Below the pieces are notes generated by a model. It saw only the letters and a program-made list of their open reading frames with translations, ran no database searches and was not told where the DNA came from. The position numbers were made by a program, and so were the translations under genes. 55,469 nucleotides of DNA from Dehalococcoidia bacterium (GTDB lineage Bacteria; Chloroflexota; Dehalococcoidia; GIF9; AB-539-J10): NCBI GenBank assembly GCA_003567655.1, contig PWZA01000022.1, positions 1 through 55,469 on the forward strand. The letters run 5' to 3'. This document shows, piece by piece, positions 20,480 through 29,832 of the stretch (positions within the stretch are counted from its first letter, which is position 1; every line of letters begins with the position of its first letter).

Positions 20480-21427
20480 ATGGAATGGGGCAGTATTATA
20501 GAGCCTTTTCAGAGTTTCTTCGCGATTCTCATAGCTTTCTTGCCCAGGATCATCGCTGTATTGATCCTGTTGCTTCTGGCCTGGATACTGGCGAGGGTTC
20601 TCAGGTCTGGTTCACAGAGACTCATGATTGCCTCTGGAATTGACAGGAGACTGGGCAAGGGCGATGCAGGGGAGTTTCCAGTGGCTCACGGTACGGGTGC
20701 GGCAGTGTTCTGGATAGTATGGATATTATTCATACTGGCCATATTGCAGGTGCTCGGTGTAGAAGGACTGTTTGACTCCATCGTCGTCATATTTGAAAGG
20801 ATCTTCGCCGCAATACCGCATATCCTGGGTGCTATCGTAGTCCTTGCAGTCTTCTACTTCGTTGGCCGGCTTCTGGGCAAGCTGGTAACTGATTTCCTGG
20901 GTAGAGTTCACTTTGATGAACTGCCGGTCAAACTGGGGTTGGCGAAGCAGCCGGTTGAGGGAATGGGCTCTCCTTCGAATGTCGTCGGCTATATCGTGAT
21001 GGTGTTCATCATGCTCTTCGCCATAATGATGGCCGCAAGCCTGTTGGACTTCCCGATTGTGAACAGTCTGGTCGCTAGCCTGACACAGTTTCTGGGGCTG
21101 GTCATTCTGGGAGTGGTCATTATCGGCGTAGGCGTTCTGGTTGCCGGCTTCGTAGCCAATATTCTACGGGCCGGTGGCAGGGGAGAATCGGTTATCTCCG
21201 TCGTCAAAGCCCTCATCATAGTCTTGAGCGTGGTGCTGGGTATAAGGGCAATGGGTTTTGCTGATGACCTGATTTTGCTCGGCTTTGGACTGGTCTTCGG
21301 CGCAGCTGCTGTAGCAGCAGCGATTGCCTTCGGCCTCGGAGGTCGAAGGGTTGCCGCTGAGCTTCTTGATCGCTGGATGAAGACGGGATCAGATGCGGGC
21401 AAGGGCGGTGATAAGGCTAAAAAGTAG
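20480..21427 (+). CDS. Integral membrane protein with repeated 'conserved TM helix'-like segments
   Basis: AGGAGG lies 12 nt upstream of ATG 20480. The protein has multiple hydrophobic helices and a Lys-rich tail. The family call is tentative. Confidence 0.65.
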   Translation: MEWGSIIEPFQSFFAILIAFLPRIIAVLILLLLAWILARVLRSGSQRLMIASGIDRRLGKGDAGEFPVAHGTGAAVFWIVWILFILAILQVLGVEGLFDSIVVIFERIFAAIPHILGAIVVLAVFYFVGRLLGKLVTDFLGRVHFDELPVKLGLAKQPVEGMGSPSNVVGYIVMVFIMLFAIMMAASLLDFPIVNSLVASLTQFLGLVILGVVIIGVGVLVAGFVANILRAGGRGESVISVVKALIIVLSVVLGIRAMGFADDLILLGFGLVFGAAAVAAAIAFGLGGRRVAAELLDRWMKTGSDAGKGGDKAKK

Positions 21428-21480
21428 AAGCTATTGGGTATGATTCGCCGTAAGATCAGACTTTAGTATTGCAAGGGTGC

Positions 21481-21518
21481 AAAAGGCCGGGTGATACAGC
21501 TTTGTCTCCCGGCCTTTT
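21481..21518. terminator. Bidirectional intrinsic terminator-like hairpin
   Basis: The stem AAAAGGCCGGG / CCCGGCCTTTT encloses a 16-nt loop. A/T runs flank both sides, and it lies between convergent genes. Confidence 0.55.
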
Positions 21519-21620
21519 CGCTGGCTTGACGCCACTACAATGAGGGGAGCGCTCCGGTCGGTTTTCGTAGAAGCTGTGGTCGGATTAGAGGTGCTGGGCC
21601 AATCCCTTGAGGGGCGCACC

Positions 21621-22106
21621 TTAGCGGGGCTCTCCGGCGGTCAATCGCCGGAGAGCTACCGTTATTCCCCAGATCAACAACATCAGCATGGCCATTCCCC
21701 AGAAGGGGAGCGAGATTTCCAGTTGGGCGACCCCGATGGCCAGGGCTCCTCCGATTAACGCCAGGGCGCAGGACCTGAGCAGTGCTGCCCGCCAGATTCG
21801 GGCGCGGCTCTGAACCTCAGCTGCTTTCCTGAGCCATAGTTGCAGGCCGGCAGCATCCCAGGCTACTAGAGCGAGCACAACTGCACCTATTCCTGGTATG
21901 AAGGCCTCACTGAACGCTGCCCATGCCGCCGCTGCAATCAACCCGTACAGCCCTAATGTGACCAGCGAAGGATGACCGCGGATTATACCTAGTGCCCAGA
22001 CTGCGGGAGATGAAAGAAACAGAAGTGTCCACGGGAAGCCGTGGGTGAGTACCGAAGACCACGCCAGCCCGAAGGCTATCATATAGAGTGCAATGGCAGG
22101 AATCAT
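21621..22106 (-). CDS. Hypothetical polytopic membrane protein (last gene of the MoxR operon)
   Basis: Its ATG at 22106 overlaps the DUF58 gene stop (ATGA). The roughly 161-aa protein has 5-6 hydrophobic helices. Confidence 0.5.
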   Translation of the reverse strand: MIPAIALYMIAFGLAWSSVLTHGFPWTLLFLSSPAVWALGIIRGHPSLVTLGLYGLIAAAAWAAFSEAFIPGIGAVVLALVAWDAAGLQLWLRKAAEVQSRARIWRAALLRSCALALIGGALAIGVAQLEISLPFWGMAMLMLLIWGITVALRRLTAGEPR

Positions 22107-23407
22107 CGATTCCTCCGCCAGGCAGCCCTCACCAGTGGTGCCAATGGGCTGTTTCCGTTCCACACAGCGACACGTACGCCTGCCGACATGAGAATGCGCA
22201 GCATCAGCTCTTGTTCGACAGCCATCATGCGGCTGGCAAGCGACAGTGCAGTCTTGCTATGTATTGGACGGCGTGTGCGAGCCTCTAGGTGGACTGTTTC
22301 TAACTGTTTTGCTCTGATGGATGGGAAGGGATCCGGCACCAGTGCCAGCACTTCATAACCTCTGGCGCGCAGCATTCCCAGCGCTTGCTCGTCGCCCGGA
22401 GCAAATGGGGACACAATCATTATGGATGAACCGGTGGGAAAGAGACGGGCGGGGAGATTCCCCAGGTGGGCGAACGCCTCGGATGATCCAAGCTCCGCTC
22501 TCGATAATCCGTGGAGTAGCCGCTCCATGTGTAGTCGTCCGCTTCCGTAGAGAACCCACTCGAGTCGCTCGCCATAGAGCAGAAGACCGGTCCGGTGCCC
22601 GTCTCTGATTGCCGAGTCACATAGGGCTGCGCATGCCCGTATCGCCTGCTCAAACAGATCTGAACCGCCTGCGGCCTGGTAGATTCTATCCCGTCCGTCG
22701 AGTATCACCGTAACGTCGGCGGCCCGCTCCCCTTCATACAGGTTGGTCACAAGCTGATTCCGGTGGGCCAGGGTCTTCCAGTTGATGCGGCGCAGGTCGT
22801 CACCCGGGATGTAGGGCCTGGTGCCCAAGAACTGCACTCCCACTCCATCCCGGCGGGAAGGGGCTGTGCCGGGTCTGGATAGCGTTCGACGAGGCGATAG
22901 CTGAACGTGACCAATCCGGTCGTAGCGTGGTAGAACCCAGACGGGTGTCGGAAAGGGGAGGCTGCCTTGCCAGGCTACGAAGCCCAGAAAGTCTCGTGTT
23001 GAGACATGTGCTCCTTCCACCGGGTAGAAACCCCGCATCGGTCGGGTAACATATGAGAGCACCAATGAACTGTTTGCGGGAATCCGACCGGCCAGACTAG
23101 GCGATCCTTCGCTGATAAAGCGGGCAAGCGCCCCATCTTCGGTAAGCATAGCCAGGTCCGGACCATGCCCCGCTTCATCCAGGGCAAGTTCAGCCTCTAT
23201 ATCGTCGCCATCGTGTATGTGCTGGGCGGAAAGCGAGCGACGGAGTCGCGCTTTGTGTGCTGCCCCGGCCAGCAACAGCCCCAGGGTGATGTGCACTGCC
23301 AGAGGGATAGCCAGAAGGAGTAGTGCTGGATTGGCCAGGATCAGACCGGTGAGCAGGATAAGCGCCATTAGTCCGAACTCCACGCCCAGCTTACGTGTAC
23401 CCTGCAT
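22103..23407 (-). CDS. DUF58 domain protein (vWA-like, MoxR partner)
   Basis: The DUF58 signature region GDDLRRINWKTLAHRNQLVTNLYEGERAADVTVILD is present. It has two N-terminal TM helices and lies directly downstream of the MoxR ATPase. Confidence 0.8.
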   Translation of the reverse strand: MQGTRKLGVEFGLMALILLTGLILANPALLLLAIPLAVHITLGLLLAGAAHKARLRRSLSAQHIHDGDDIEAELALDEAGHGPDLAMLTEDGALARFISEGSPSLAGRIPANSSLVLSYVTRPMRGFYPVEGAHVSTRDFLGFVAWQGSLPFPTPVWVLPRYDRIGHVQLSPRRTLSRPGTAPSRRDGVGVQFLGTRPYIPGDDLRRINWKTLAHRNQLVTNLYEGERAADVTVILDGRDRIYQAAGGSDLFEQAIRACAALCDSAIRDGHRTGLLLYGERLEWVLYGSGRLHMERLLHGLSRAELGSSEAFAHLGNLPARLFPTGSSIMIVSPFAPGDEQALGMLRARGYEVLALVPDPFPSIRAKQLETVHLEARTRRPIHSKTALSLASRMMAVEQELMLRILMSAGVRVAVWNGNSPLAPLVRAAWRRNR

Positions 23408-23409
23408 GG

Positions 23410-24342
23410 CTAGACCTTAGGTACGGGAATTCTCTCCAGGATACCTTCAACAACTTGATCCGGTCGAAGCTGTCGCTGCCATAGCTCGGGCTTGATGATC
23501 AGTCGATGCACCAGCGCAGGGACTGCCACTGCCTTTATGTCGTCGGGGATGACATAATCCCTGCGCTCCAGCGCTGCACGTGCCCTAGAGAGCAGCAAGA
23601 GTGCCAGAGTGCCCCGCGGGCTCGCTCCTACCTCCACCGAGGAGTGCTCGCGCGTAGCTTCTGTCAGGCGAGCCATATACTCCAGCAGGTCGGGATCGAT
23701 ATGGACATCCTCTAGAGCCGTGCGCATACTCAGTAGCTCCTCAGCAGCAGTCACGGATTGCAGTGTCTCCTCGGGCACTCGTCGAGCGATACGGCGGGAG
23801 AGGATCTCTACCTCATCGGCAGGCCCCGGATAACCGAACCGGGCACGGACTAGGAATCGGTCTAGCTGGGCCTCGGGCAAGGGAAAGGTGCCTTCGTACT
23901 CTATCGGATTCTGTGTCGCGACAACCATAAAGGGTTGAGGCAAGGGATGGGTCTCGCCCTCAAGAGTGACCTGTCCCTCCTGCATTGCTTCGAGTAGGGC
24001 CGATTGGGTTCGTGGGGTGGCCCGGTTGATCTCGTCGGCCAGGAGTATCTGAGCGAAAACAGGGCCGGGCCGTAGCTCGAACTGCTCCTTCTCGCGGCGC
24101 AGGATGTAGGTGCCCACGACATCCGCGGGCAAGAGGTCGGGTGTGAACTGAATGCGCTTGAAGCTGAGTCCGAGGACCCGCGCAAAGGAGCGAGCTGCCA
24201 GGGTCTTGGCGAGGCCGGGATAGTCCTCAATCAGTACATGGCCGCCGGCGAGAAGGCTCATCAAGATCAACTGCAGCGGGTTCCGTTTGCCCACGACCGC
24301 CCTCTCTATCTCTCCCAGGATACTGTCACACCGGCCTGCCAC
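23410..24342 (-). CDS. MoxR-family AAA+ ATPase
   Basis: Walker A-like EDYPGLAKT, Walker B LLADEINRA and the sensor region VVATQNPIE are present. The GTG at 24342 lies 1 nt after the upstream stop and gives 310 aa. The 370-aa ORF-track version would overlap the upstream gene by 179 nt. Confidence 0.9.
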   Translation of the reverse strand: MAGRCDSILGEIERAVVGKRNPLQLILMSLLAGGHVLIEDYPGLAKTLAARSFARVLGLSFKRIQFTPDLLPADVVGTYILRREKEQFELRPGPVFAQILLADEINRATPRTQSALLEAMQEGQVTLEGETHPLPQPFMVVATQNPIEYEGTFPLPEAQLDRFLVRARFGYPGPADEVEILSRRIARRVPEETLQSVTAAEELLSMRTALEDVHIDPDLLEYMARLTEATREHSSVEVGASPRGTLALLLLSRARAALERRDYVIPDDIKAVAVPALVHRLIIKPELWQRQLRPDQVVEGILERIPVPKV

Positions 24343-24343
24343 G

Positions 24344-24904
24344 TCAGCTAGCTTCAAAGGGCCCTCCTTGCGCGTAGCGCTCCATTGCGTCCAGAGTGTG
24401 CTCAAGATCGTCGGCGTAGCTCTCGTTAGGGGTCGGTGCCTTGTCGCTATGGGGTTGCAGCAGCGCTGCAACCCCATGCTGCTCGGGCCACCTGCCTTGG
24501 CGCAGTTGCTGTCTGGCATCATCCAGGTGGATCCCTTCTTGTAGGGCTCGCAGGCCTGCCGCGGTTTGGCAGAGACGCCTTCCCAGCACGTCGCGTGCCC
24601 AGGCAGAAGTCTCTCCTAACTCGATGAGAGCGGTCAGACGGTCGAGTTGGGTTTCTCTCACAATGGGCTTGACCGTGGACTCCTGGTTACTGTGGTGGAG
24701 TGCACGTGTAAACGATAAGACAGCGGTGAATCCTACTATTGACAGCACCCACCATATCAGCTGCTGGGGCAATGAATCCAGCAGCCACCAGAGTTGTGTC
24801 AATGGCTCTCTGAGCAGGGTATCCACCGGGATGCGCACCGCTGAGATGAGCAGTGCGGCTATGGCCAGCGCTGCGGCGACCTTCGCTACTCTACGCATGG
24901 CCAT
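24344..24904 (-). CDS. Hypothetical membrane protein in the MoxR operon
   Basis: It has two N-terminal hydrophobic helices and then a soluble domain. It overlaps the DUF4129 gene by 14 nt. No family was recognised. Confidence 0.5.
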   Translation of the reverse strand: MAMRRVAKVAAALAIAALLISAVRIPVDTLLREPLTQLWWLLDSLPQQLIWWVLSIVGFTAVLSFTRALHHSNQESTVKPIVRETQLDRLTALIELGETSAWARDVLGRRLCQTAAGLRALQEGIHLDDARQQLRQGRWPEQHGVAALLQPHSDKAPTPNESYADDLEHTLDAMERYAQGGPFEAS

Positions 24905-25787
24905 ATGCCTCCTCGATCTCGGCCAGGGCGGCGATTGCTCGATCTCGCCTGGGGGCGTCTGCTTTACTACCGTAGCGGACTTCTTCGAACAACCTGGTGA
25001 GCTCGGCTACTGCTTCATGCCGCACTCCCCATCTGGCCAGAACGCTGGCCAACTCGCGAGGCGTCATCTCAGGGGCATGCCCGCCGGCCCTGTCAGCCAG
25101 AATCTCTGCCATCCGGGCCCAGCAACGGATCACTACTTCGTCGAAAGGTAGTCCAGCTCGCAACTCGGCCGCTGCCTCGGCGGCTATGTGCTGGAGGCTG
25201 TCCTCGAACACTTCCGTGCGCTTGCGTCTGGCCGCCCGGCGAATCAAGTGCCATCCCAGCCACACCACCGGCACTGCGAGAGCCGTGGCTACGATATATG
25301 TCACCCACCAGGGGAGCTGTGCCGGAGAGTGCGGTGTCGTGTCTGCAGGACCGGGCTCGGGCGTTGTGAAGGGTGGCCGCCATGAGTCCGCCGGGGGACC
25401 GGTAATCAGCTCTTGCTCGGCCTCTTCCTGGACGGGAAAAAGTCCGTGCCCGGCTCTGAGGCCTATCAAGGCCAGGATTACCATGAAGACGATCAGTACC
25501 CTGAAGCGGACAATCTCTCGCAGGAGCTTGCGGCGGAAGACCACCGCTCCAAAGATGAGGATCCCGAGAACAACCCAGGGCATGACCTCGAGTATTCTCT
25601 CCAGCAGGTCATAAGGGAAAGGCAGAAGATATGTGCCGCCCGGCTCGCCCATCTCACTCTCATCCAGGCCGAGAGTTCCGCCTCGGAACTCCAGCGTCTG
25701 CAGCCCGGCGGCCAGCATTCCCAGCAGGACCACCATCGTCAACCCCAGGGCCAAGACTCGCCACTTGTTCATCGTCCGACCCATCAT
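24891..25787 (-). CDS. DUF4129 domain membrane protein
   Basis: The C-terminal pattern TPRELASVLARWGV...LTRLFEEVRYG is typical of DUF4129. Several TM helices lie upstream of it. Confidence 0.65.
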   Translation of the reverse strand: MMGRTMNKWRVLALGLTMVVLLGMLAAGLQTLEFRGGTLGLDESEMGEPGGTYLLPFPYDLLERILEVMPWVVLGILIFGAVVFRRKLLREIVRFRVLIVFMVILALIGLRAGHGLFPVQEEAEQELITGPPADSWRPPFTTPEPGPADTTPHSPAQLPWWVTYIVATALAVPVVWLGWHLIRRAARRKRTEVFEDSLQHIAAEAAAELRAGLPFDEVVIRCWARMAEILADRAGGHAPEMTPRELASVLARWGVRHEAVAELTRLFEEVRYGSKADAPRRDRAIAALAEIEEAYGHA

Positions 25788-25994
25788 ATTGCCATTGTAT
25801 CATAGGCGCTATCTGGCGGCACTTACAGGTTTAGATCGGTCAAAATGGGCATAAAGAGGGTTTGCTGTGTGTGTGAAGGCCTGTATGCGCTTCATATCTT
25901 TACCGGCCGACGGTATTGAAGAGAATCACGGCTTCTAAAGGCTCAGTGAGGTGCGGAGGGTGCAATTAGAGGTGCCGATGCACAGAGTTGCAGG

Positions 25995-28900
25995 TTACTG
26001 CCCCTCTCCCAATTCCTCCAGAAGCGCCGAGAGCAACTCTCTCTGAATGGATACGGGGAGGTCGAGTTCCTTAAGCAGCGCGTCTATCTGTGTTCGGGCG
26101 TGGAGTATCTGCTTCTCATGGGTGTTTGATCCTTTCGGGTCTACCTCCGGCCTCCAGTTCTCGATACTCTGCTTTGCTGATCGGAGTCTGGCCAGATATG
26201 TAGCGCTCCGGTCGGCTTCCCATTCCATAAACGGTTTGAGACGCATCCTTTCTGGCAATCTGTTGAGCATTCGCTCGATGATCGGAGTGCCCTCGCGAGC
26301 CGCCTCGATAAGGTGTCCTTCATCGCCCCTGAATGGGTGCATGCGTTGCACCTCAGTCAAAGCCCGATACCAGCGTTGCATGGCAAGAGCTGCCTCCTCC
26401 TGATGCTCTGTCTCAGCCCCGAACATGGCTCCTATCGCGGCAAGCAGCCTGCTCGCCCTCGCTCCTGCATATACATCCATCTCAGCAATCGCTCTGCGTA
26501 GCGAATCGAGTATCTGCTCGCATACTGCATGATCTCCAAGGTCGGTAGTATCAGCATCAAATCCGAGTGCAGCAGGGATCTGTCTCTGGATGATCTCTCT
26601 CGCGTGCCCGGTCTTCTCCAGATTGGCCAGGACATCAAGCAGGGGCCGGCACTGTTGGTTTTCAAGATCAGAGGCCGTTCGCGTCACTGCGGGCAATTTG
26701 CGGTACCATGCCAATAGGGCGTGCCTGGCCCGGTCCCAACCCGCGAAGTCGGTCAATGTCTCTTCGTCCACTGCGGTGAGGCGTATTATTCCGTTGACGT
26801 ATGCTCTTTGGGTGGGCGGCACTTCGTAGTAGTACACTACGAAGTCGGAGGGATTCCTTACCAGGTTTGCCACATCCTCGCCGGACAGGGGAAGGCATTC
26901 ATTGAGCGAATCGGGATTATGCTCTCTCTTGGCTTTCTCGAAGTTGTTGAAGACGACGGTATCCTCGCGTCGAGTGCGAAGAAACGCTGCCAGAAACAGC
27001 TCCAATGCCTGATTCGTGAGTCCGTACGGCGGCTCAATCAGGGGTATCACCAGTTCGGTAGCTGGAGTGACCTTGCCTCCCCGGGCAAGAGCCTGCGTGT
27101 TGAGGAACTCCCAGATTTCCCGGGCCGCCGAGTTCTCGGGGGCCTCATCCCGCATCTCAAACTCCTCGATGTTATCCCGGTCTGAAACTCTTTCCAGGAG
27201 TCCGACGTCCCTGAGGCAGGAACGCAGAATGCGTTCAGAAGCCGGACATCCCTTCTTGCTTAGCTGTATCGGTCCCTCTGTCTGCAAGAGCACATTCATC
27301 GCTGTCCAGCGGTGTTTCTTGCTTCTGTCGGTGGTGCTTATCGGGTTGGCGATAGTCTCATCGTTAATGTAAGGAGTCTTGGGGAAGATCTCCTCAAGCA
27401 CCTCAGAGATGAATTTCTCCTCGCCCCCTTGAGGCATGTCCGTGACCACGTTACCGTCCCGATGCCATGTCAGGTTGCTCGCGTGCAGGAAGTCCCGCAA
27501 ACCGTTGACCATATCTTCTCTGACACTTGCCTCCAGTATCTCAAACTCCTCGCTATCGACCTCGCCCTCATCTGTCTTCAGGCCCCGTTGCCTGACTGCT
27601 TGCACGGCAGTCCATTCGAGAGCCGTCTCGCCAAAACGGGCAGGTGTTTTTGGGATGGCGACAACCAGTTGGGGGTGCTTGCATATGTCCTGGCTGACAA
27701 GATGCTCTGCATTGCTGATATCCTCAGGGGTAGTTGCCACAACGTATGTAACCAGTGCGTCACCTTCGTGCTTAGCTCTGTCAGGCACATACCAGCTCTG
27801 TATTCGTTCCACATATTTCTCGGGACTCGAGAGATCTAACACGCCAATGAAGAGACAAGCAGCGTATCTTCTGGTGAAGTGCTTTGCGGAGTAATCGAGA
27901 GCTTCAACAGCGGGGAGGGCATGGTTCGTATTGAGATAGTCCTTAAGGTCGAACCCATCGTCGATTATCGTCTGTCTGGCTTTTCGCACTGCCTGACCTG
28001 CGTCTATAGTTCCCGGTCTGCCAGGCAGTTCATAGCGCTTTGTTATCGGGCGGCAGCGCAGATAACCCCTCTCCACGAGATCAGCGAGCGCCTGCGCCAG
28101 GTCCTTCTGGCCGGACGAGACATGTAATGCCTCCAGTATGGTTCTCTCAGTAGTGGGTAACAGGGGATGGTTGACTACAGAGAGGACGGCGATCACCTTC
28201 AATGCGCGCGTGGCCAGAGTATTGCGGCGCACCAGTGCCGACGCGTTATCCACCGCATCCACGATATATCCGTAGTCGGTGTGGGCATGTATCTGCCCTT
28301 TGTAGTAGTCATACAGCCTGTCCACAGTATAAAGGTTCAGCCTGTTGTCGGACTGCAATACGGTATTCTTGTCCATGAATCCCTGTAACCCGTTCTCAGA
28401 TGGATCGCCCAGGAGGGCGAAGAGGGTCCGTTCGCGCTGCTGAACCACGGAATTCGCCAGCCAGAGTAAGCAGAATGTCGCATATGGATGTAGTGGATAG
28501 CAGCCCTGCACAAGCCGCGATCTTATCCAGGATCTGTTCTGATCAGGATAGAGCCCTCTATCTTGTACGAGGTCAGTCAGAACACTAACCTCCGCGTGGG
28601 CTGCGACTCGCTTCCAGGTGTCGCCGGCCTTCTGCTGTACCAGTATCGCCCCTATTATCTCCTCCATCTCGTGTTCGCCACCGACTGCTGCCAGTTGATG
28701 ATCGGCACTCGTGAACTCACTACAGAGTTCGCTCCATTCTTCCGGAGATCGCATGTTCCCTGCGTAGTCATCGAGCGTCTGATGGGCGATTGCCACCAGG
28801 TGACACTGGTTGTGACCGCTTCCTTTACAATACGTGACGAATGACTGAAGCTGCTGGGTTTCGAATGAACCGGGATCCTCTGCCATATGAGAGAGATACC

Positions 28901-29684
28901 GTGCAAAGTCGTCATAGAAGATGAATACACCCTGCCACTGGCTGGTACTCCTCAGATGCTTTATCGTTTGATTGTAGACCTGGGCGGGATCAGCGGTGAG
29001 CTGAGGGATGAATGGAGCGCCATGCATGACCTCTCTGTGGAGTTCCTTGAACAGGCCGTAGCCACTCGTTTTGTATCGGGCCAACTCATCACTCACCATC
29101 TCCGGCGTCTTACCTTGCCTCAGGCAGGCATCCTCAAATCTCCTGTAGACCTCGGCATCGGTCATCATCCACGTGTTAATTGAGTCTAATGCAGCGAGAA
29201 ACACAGCGGGTGGATCATAGTCGATTCCTTCTGTGCGCAGAGCCTCAGCGAGAGAGGCCAGCAAGGAGTAGTTGAAGCTTTCGGGGCTCCAGGAAGGTTC
29301 TGGAAGCACGACCAAACACTTGCCCACGGCCCGGCGTGTCTGCCTTATGAGACTGACCAGTTGTTCGTCGTCCTGTTCCAGCTTTCTGAGAAACAGCGAC
29401 AGTGCCGGGTCATCAATGTCTCGCGATATCAGATTCGCCAGCACCAATCCGAAGTGGGACTTGCCTGTACCGCAGGCACCGCTTATCACGTGCACACGGG
29501 TCTTGGATTCGGGCTGCAGGCCTTCGAGGATGCCGCGTATTGCTGTTCTGGCGCCGCGTGGCGCTATGTAGCTTCTAAGCCTTCTATCATTTACCCTGGG
29601 GTCAAGGAAGTCACGCTTCAAGCATACTTCATCGGTAAGAGATTGCGCGATGCTGACCAAAGAACTGAGCTTCCGCTTCATCAT
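25995..29684 (-). CDS. Large P-loop NTPase, BrxC/PglY-like (DUF499/DUF6079 class)
   Basis: The 1229-aa protein has Walker A GACGTGKSHFGLVL at about residue 70. The same position and GKSHF context occur in BREX BrxC as I recall it. FIFYDDFARYL is Walker-B-like. The size matches BrxC at about 1200 aa. No other BREX genes are present in the window. Confidence 0.6.
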   Translation of the reverse strand: MMKRKLSSLVSIAQSLTDEVCLKRDFLDPRVNDRRLRSYIAPRGARTAIRGILEGLQPESKTRVHVISGACGTGKSHFGLVLANLISRDIDDPALSLFLRKLEQDDEQLVSLIRQTRRAVGKCLVVLPEPSWSPESFNYSLLASLAEALRTEGIDYDPPAVFLAALDSINTWMMTDAEVYRRFEDACLRQGKTPEMVSDELARYKTSGYGLFKELHREVMHGAPFIPQLTADPAQVYNQTIKHLRSTSQWQGVFIFYDDFARYLSHMAEDPGSFETQQLQSFVTYCKGSGHNQCHLVAIAHQTLDDYAGNMRSPEEWSELCSEFTSADHQLAAVGGEHEMEEIIGAILVQQKAGDTWKRVAAHAEVSVLTDLVQDRGLYPDQNRSWIRSRLVQGCYPLHPYATFCLLWLANSVVQQRERTLFALLGDPSENGLQGFMDKNTVLQSDNRLNLYTVDRLYDYYKGQIHAHTDYGYIVDAVDNASALVRRNTLATRALKVIAVLSVVNHPLLPTTERTILEALHVSSGQKDLAQALADLVERGYLRCRPITKRYELPGRPGTIDAGQAVRKARQTIIDDGFDLKDYLNTNHALPAVEALDYSAKHFTRRYAACLFIGVLDLSSPEKYVERIQSWYVPDRAKHEGDALVTYVVATTPEDISNAEHLVSQDICKHPQLVVAIPKTPARFGETALEWTAVQAVRQRGLKTDEGEVDSEEFEILEASVREDMVNGLRDFLHASNLTWHRDGNVVTDMPQGGEEKFISEVLEEIFPKTPYINDETIANPISTTDRSKKHRWTAMNVLLQTEGPIQLSKKGCPASERILRSCLRDVGLLERVSDRDNIEEFEMRDEAPENSAAREIWEFLNTQALARGGKVTPATELVIPLIEPPYGLTNQALELFLAAFLRTRREDTVVFNNFEKAKREHNPDSLNECLPLSGEDVANLVRNPSDFVVYYYEVPPTQRAYVNGIIRLTAVDEETLTDFAGWDRARHALLAWYRKLPAVTRTASDLENQQCRPLLDVLANLEKTGHAREIIQRQIPAALGFDADTTDLGDHAVCEQILDSLRRAIAEMDVYAGARASRLLAAIGAMFGAETEHQEEAALAMQRWYRALTEVQRMHPFRGDEGHLIEAAREGTPIIERMLNRLPERMRLKPFMEWEADRSATYLARLRSAKQSIENWRPEVDPKGSNTHEKQILHARTQIDALLKELDLPVSIQRELLSALLEELGEGQ

Positions 29685-29832
29685 TTCCCTCGTCGCAGAG
29701 CGAGTAGTCTGGAAGACGTTTCAATCGTGTCTGCTGTTTGTCGCCACATAAGTATACCCCATGCTTACAGGGTCAGCCATATGTTATGGTTGATGCAGGT
29801 CTCCCGCACCAACGTGCTTGTCGCGTCAGAGG

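Noticed and set aside
23410-24522. The 370-aa version of the MoxR ORF, with 60 extra N-terminal residues.
   Set aside because: The extension overlaps the upstream gene by 179 nt, is Cys/Pro/Thr/Arg-rich and has no similarity to MoxR N-termini. The GTG at 24342, directly after the upstream stop, gives the canonical length of about 310 aa.
24441-25614. Plus-strand ORFs (236 aa, 205 aa and others) across the DUF4129 and hypothetical membrane genes.
   Set aside because: They are Ser/Ala/Arg-rich shadow frames opposite a tightly coupled minus-strand operon. They have no RBS or motif support.
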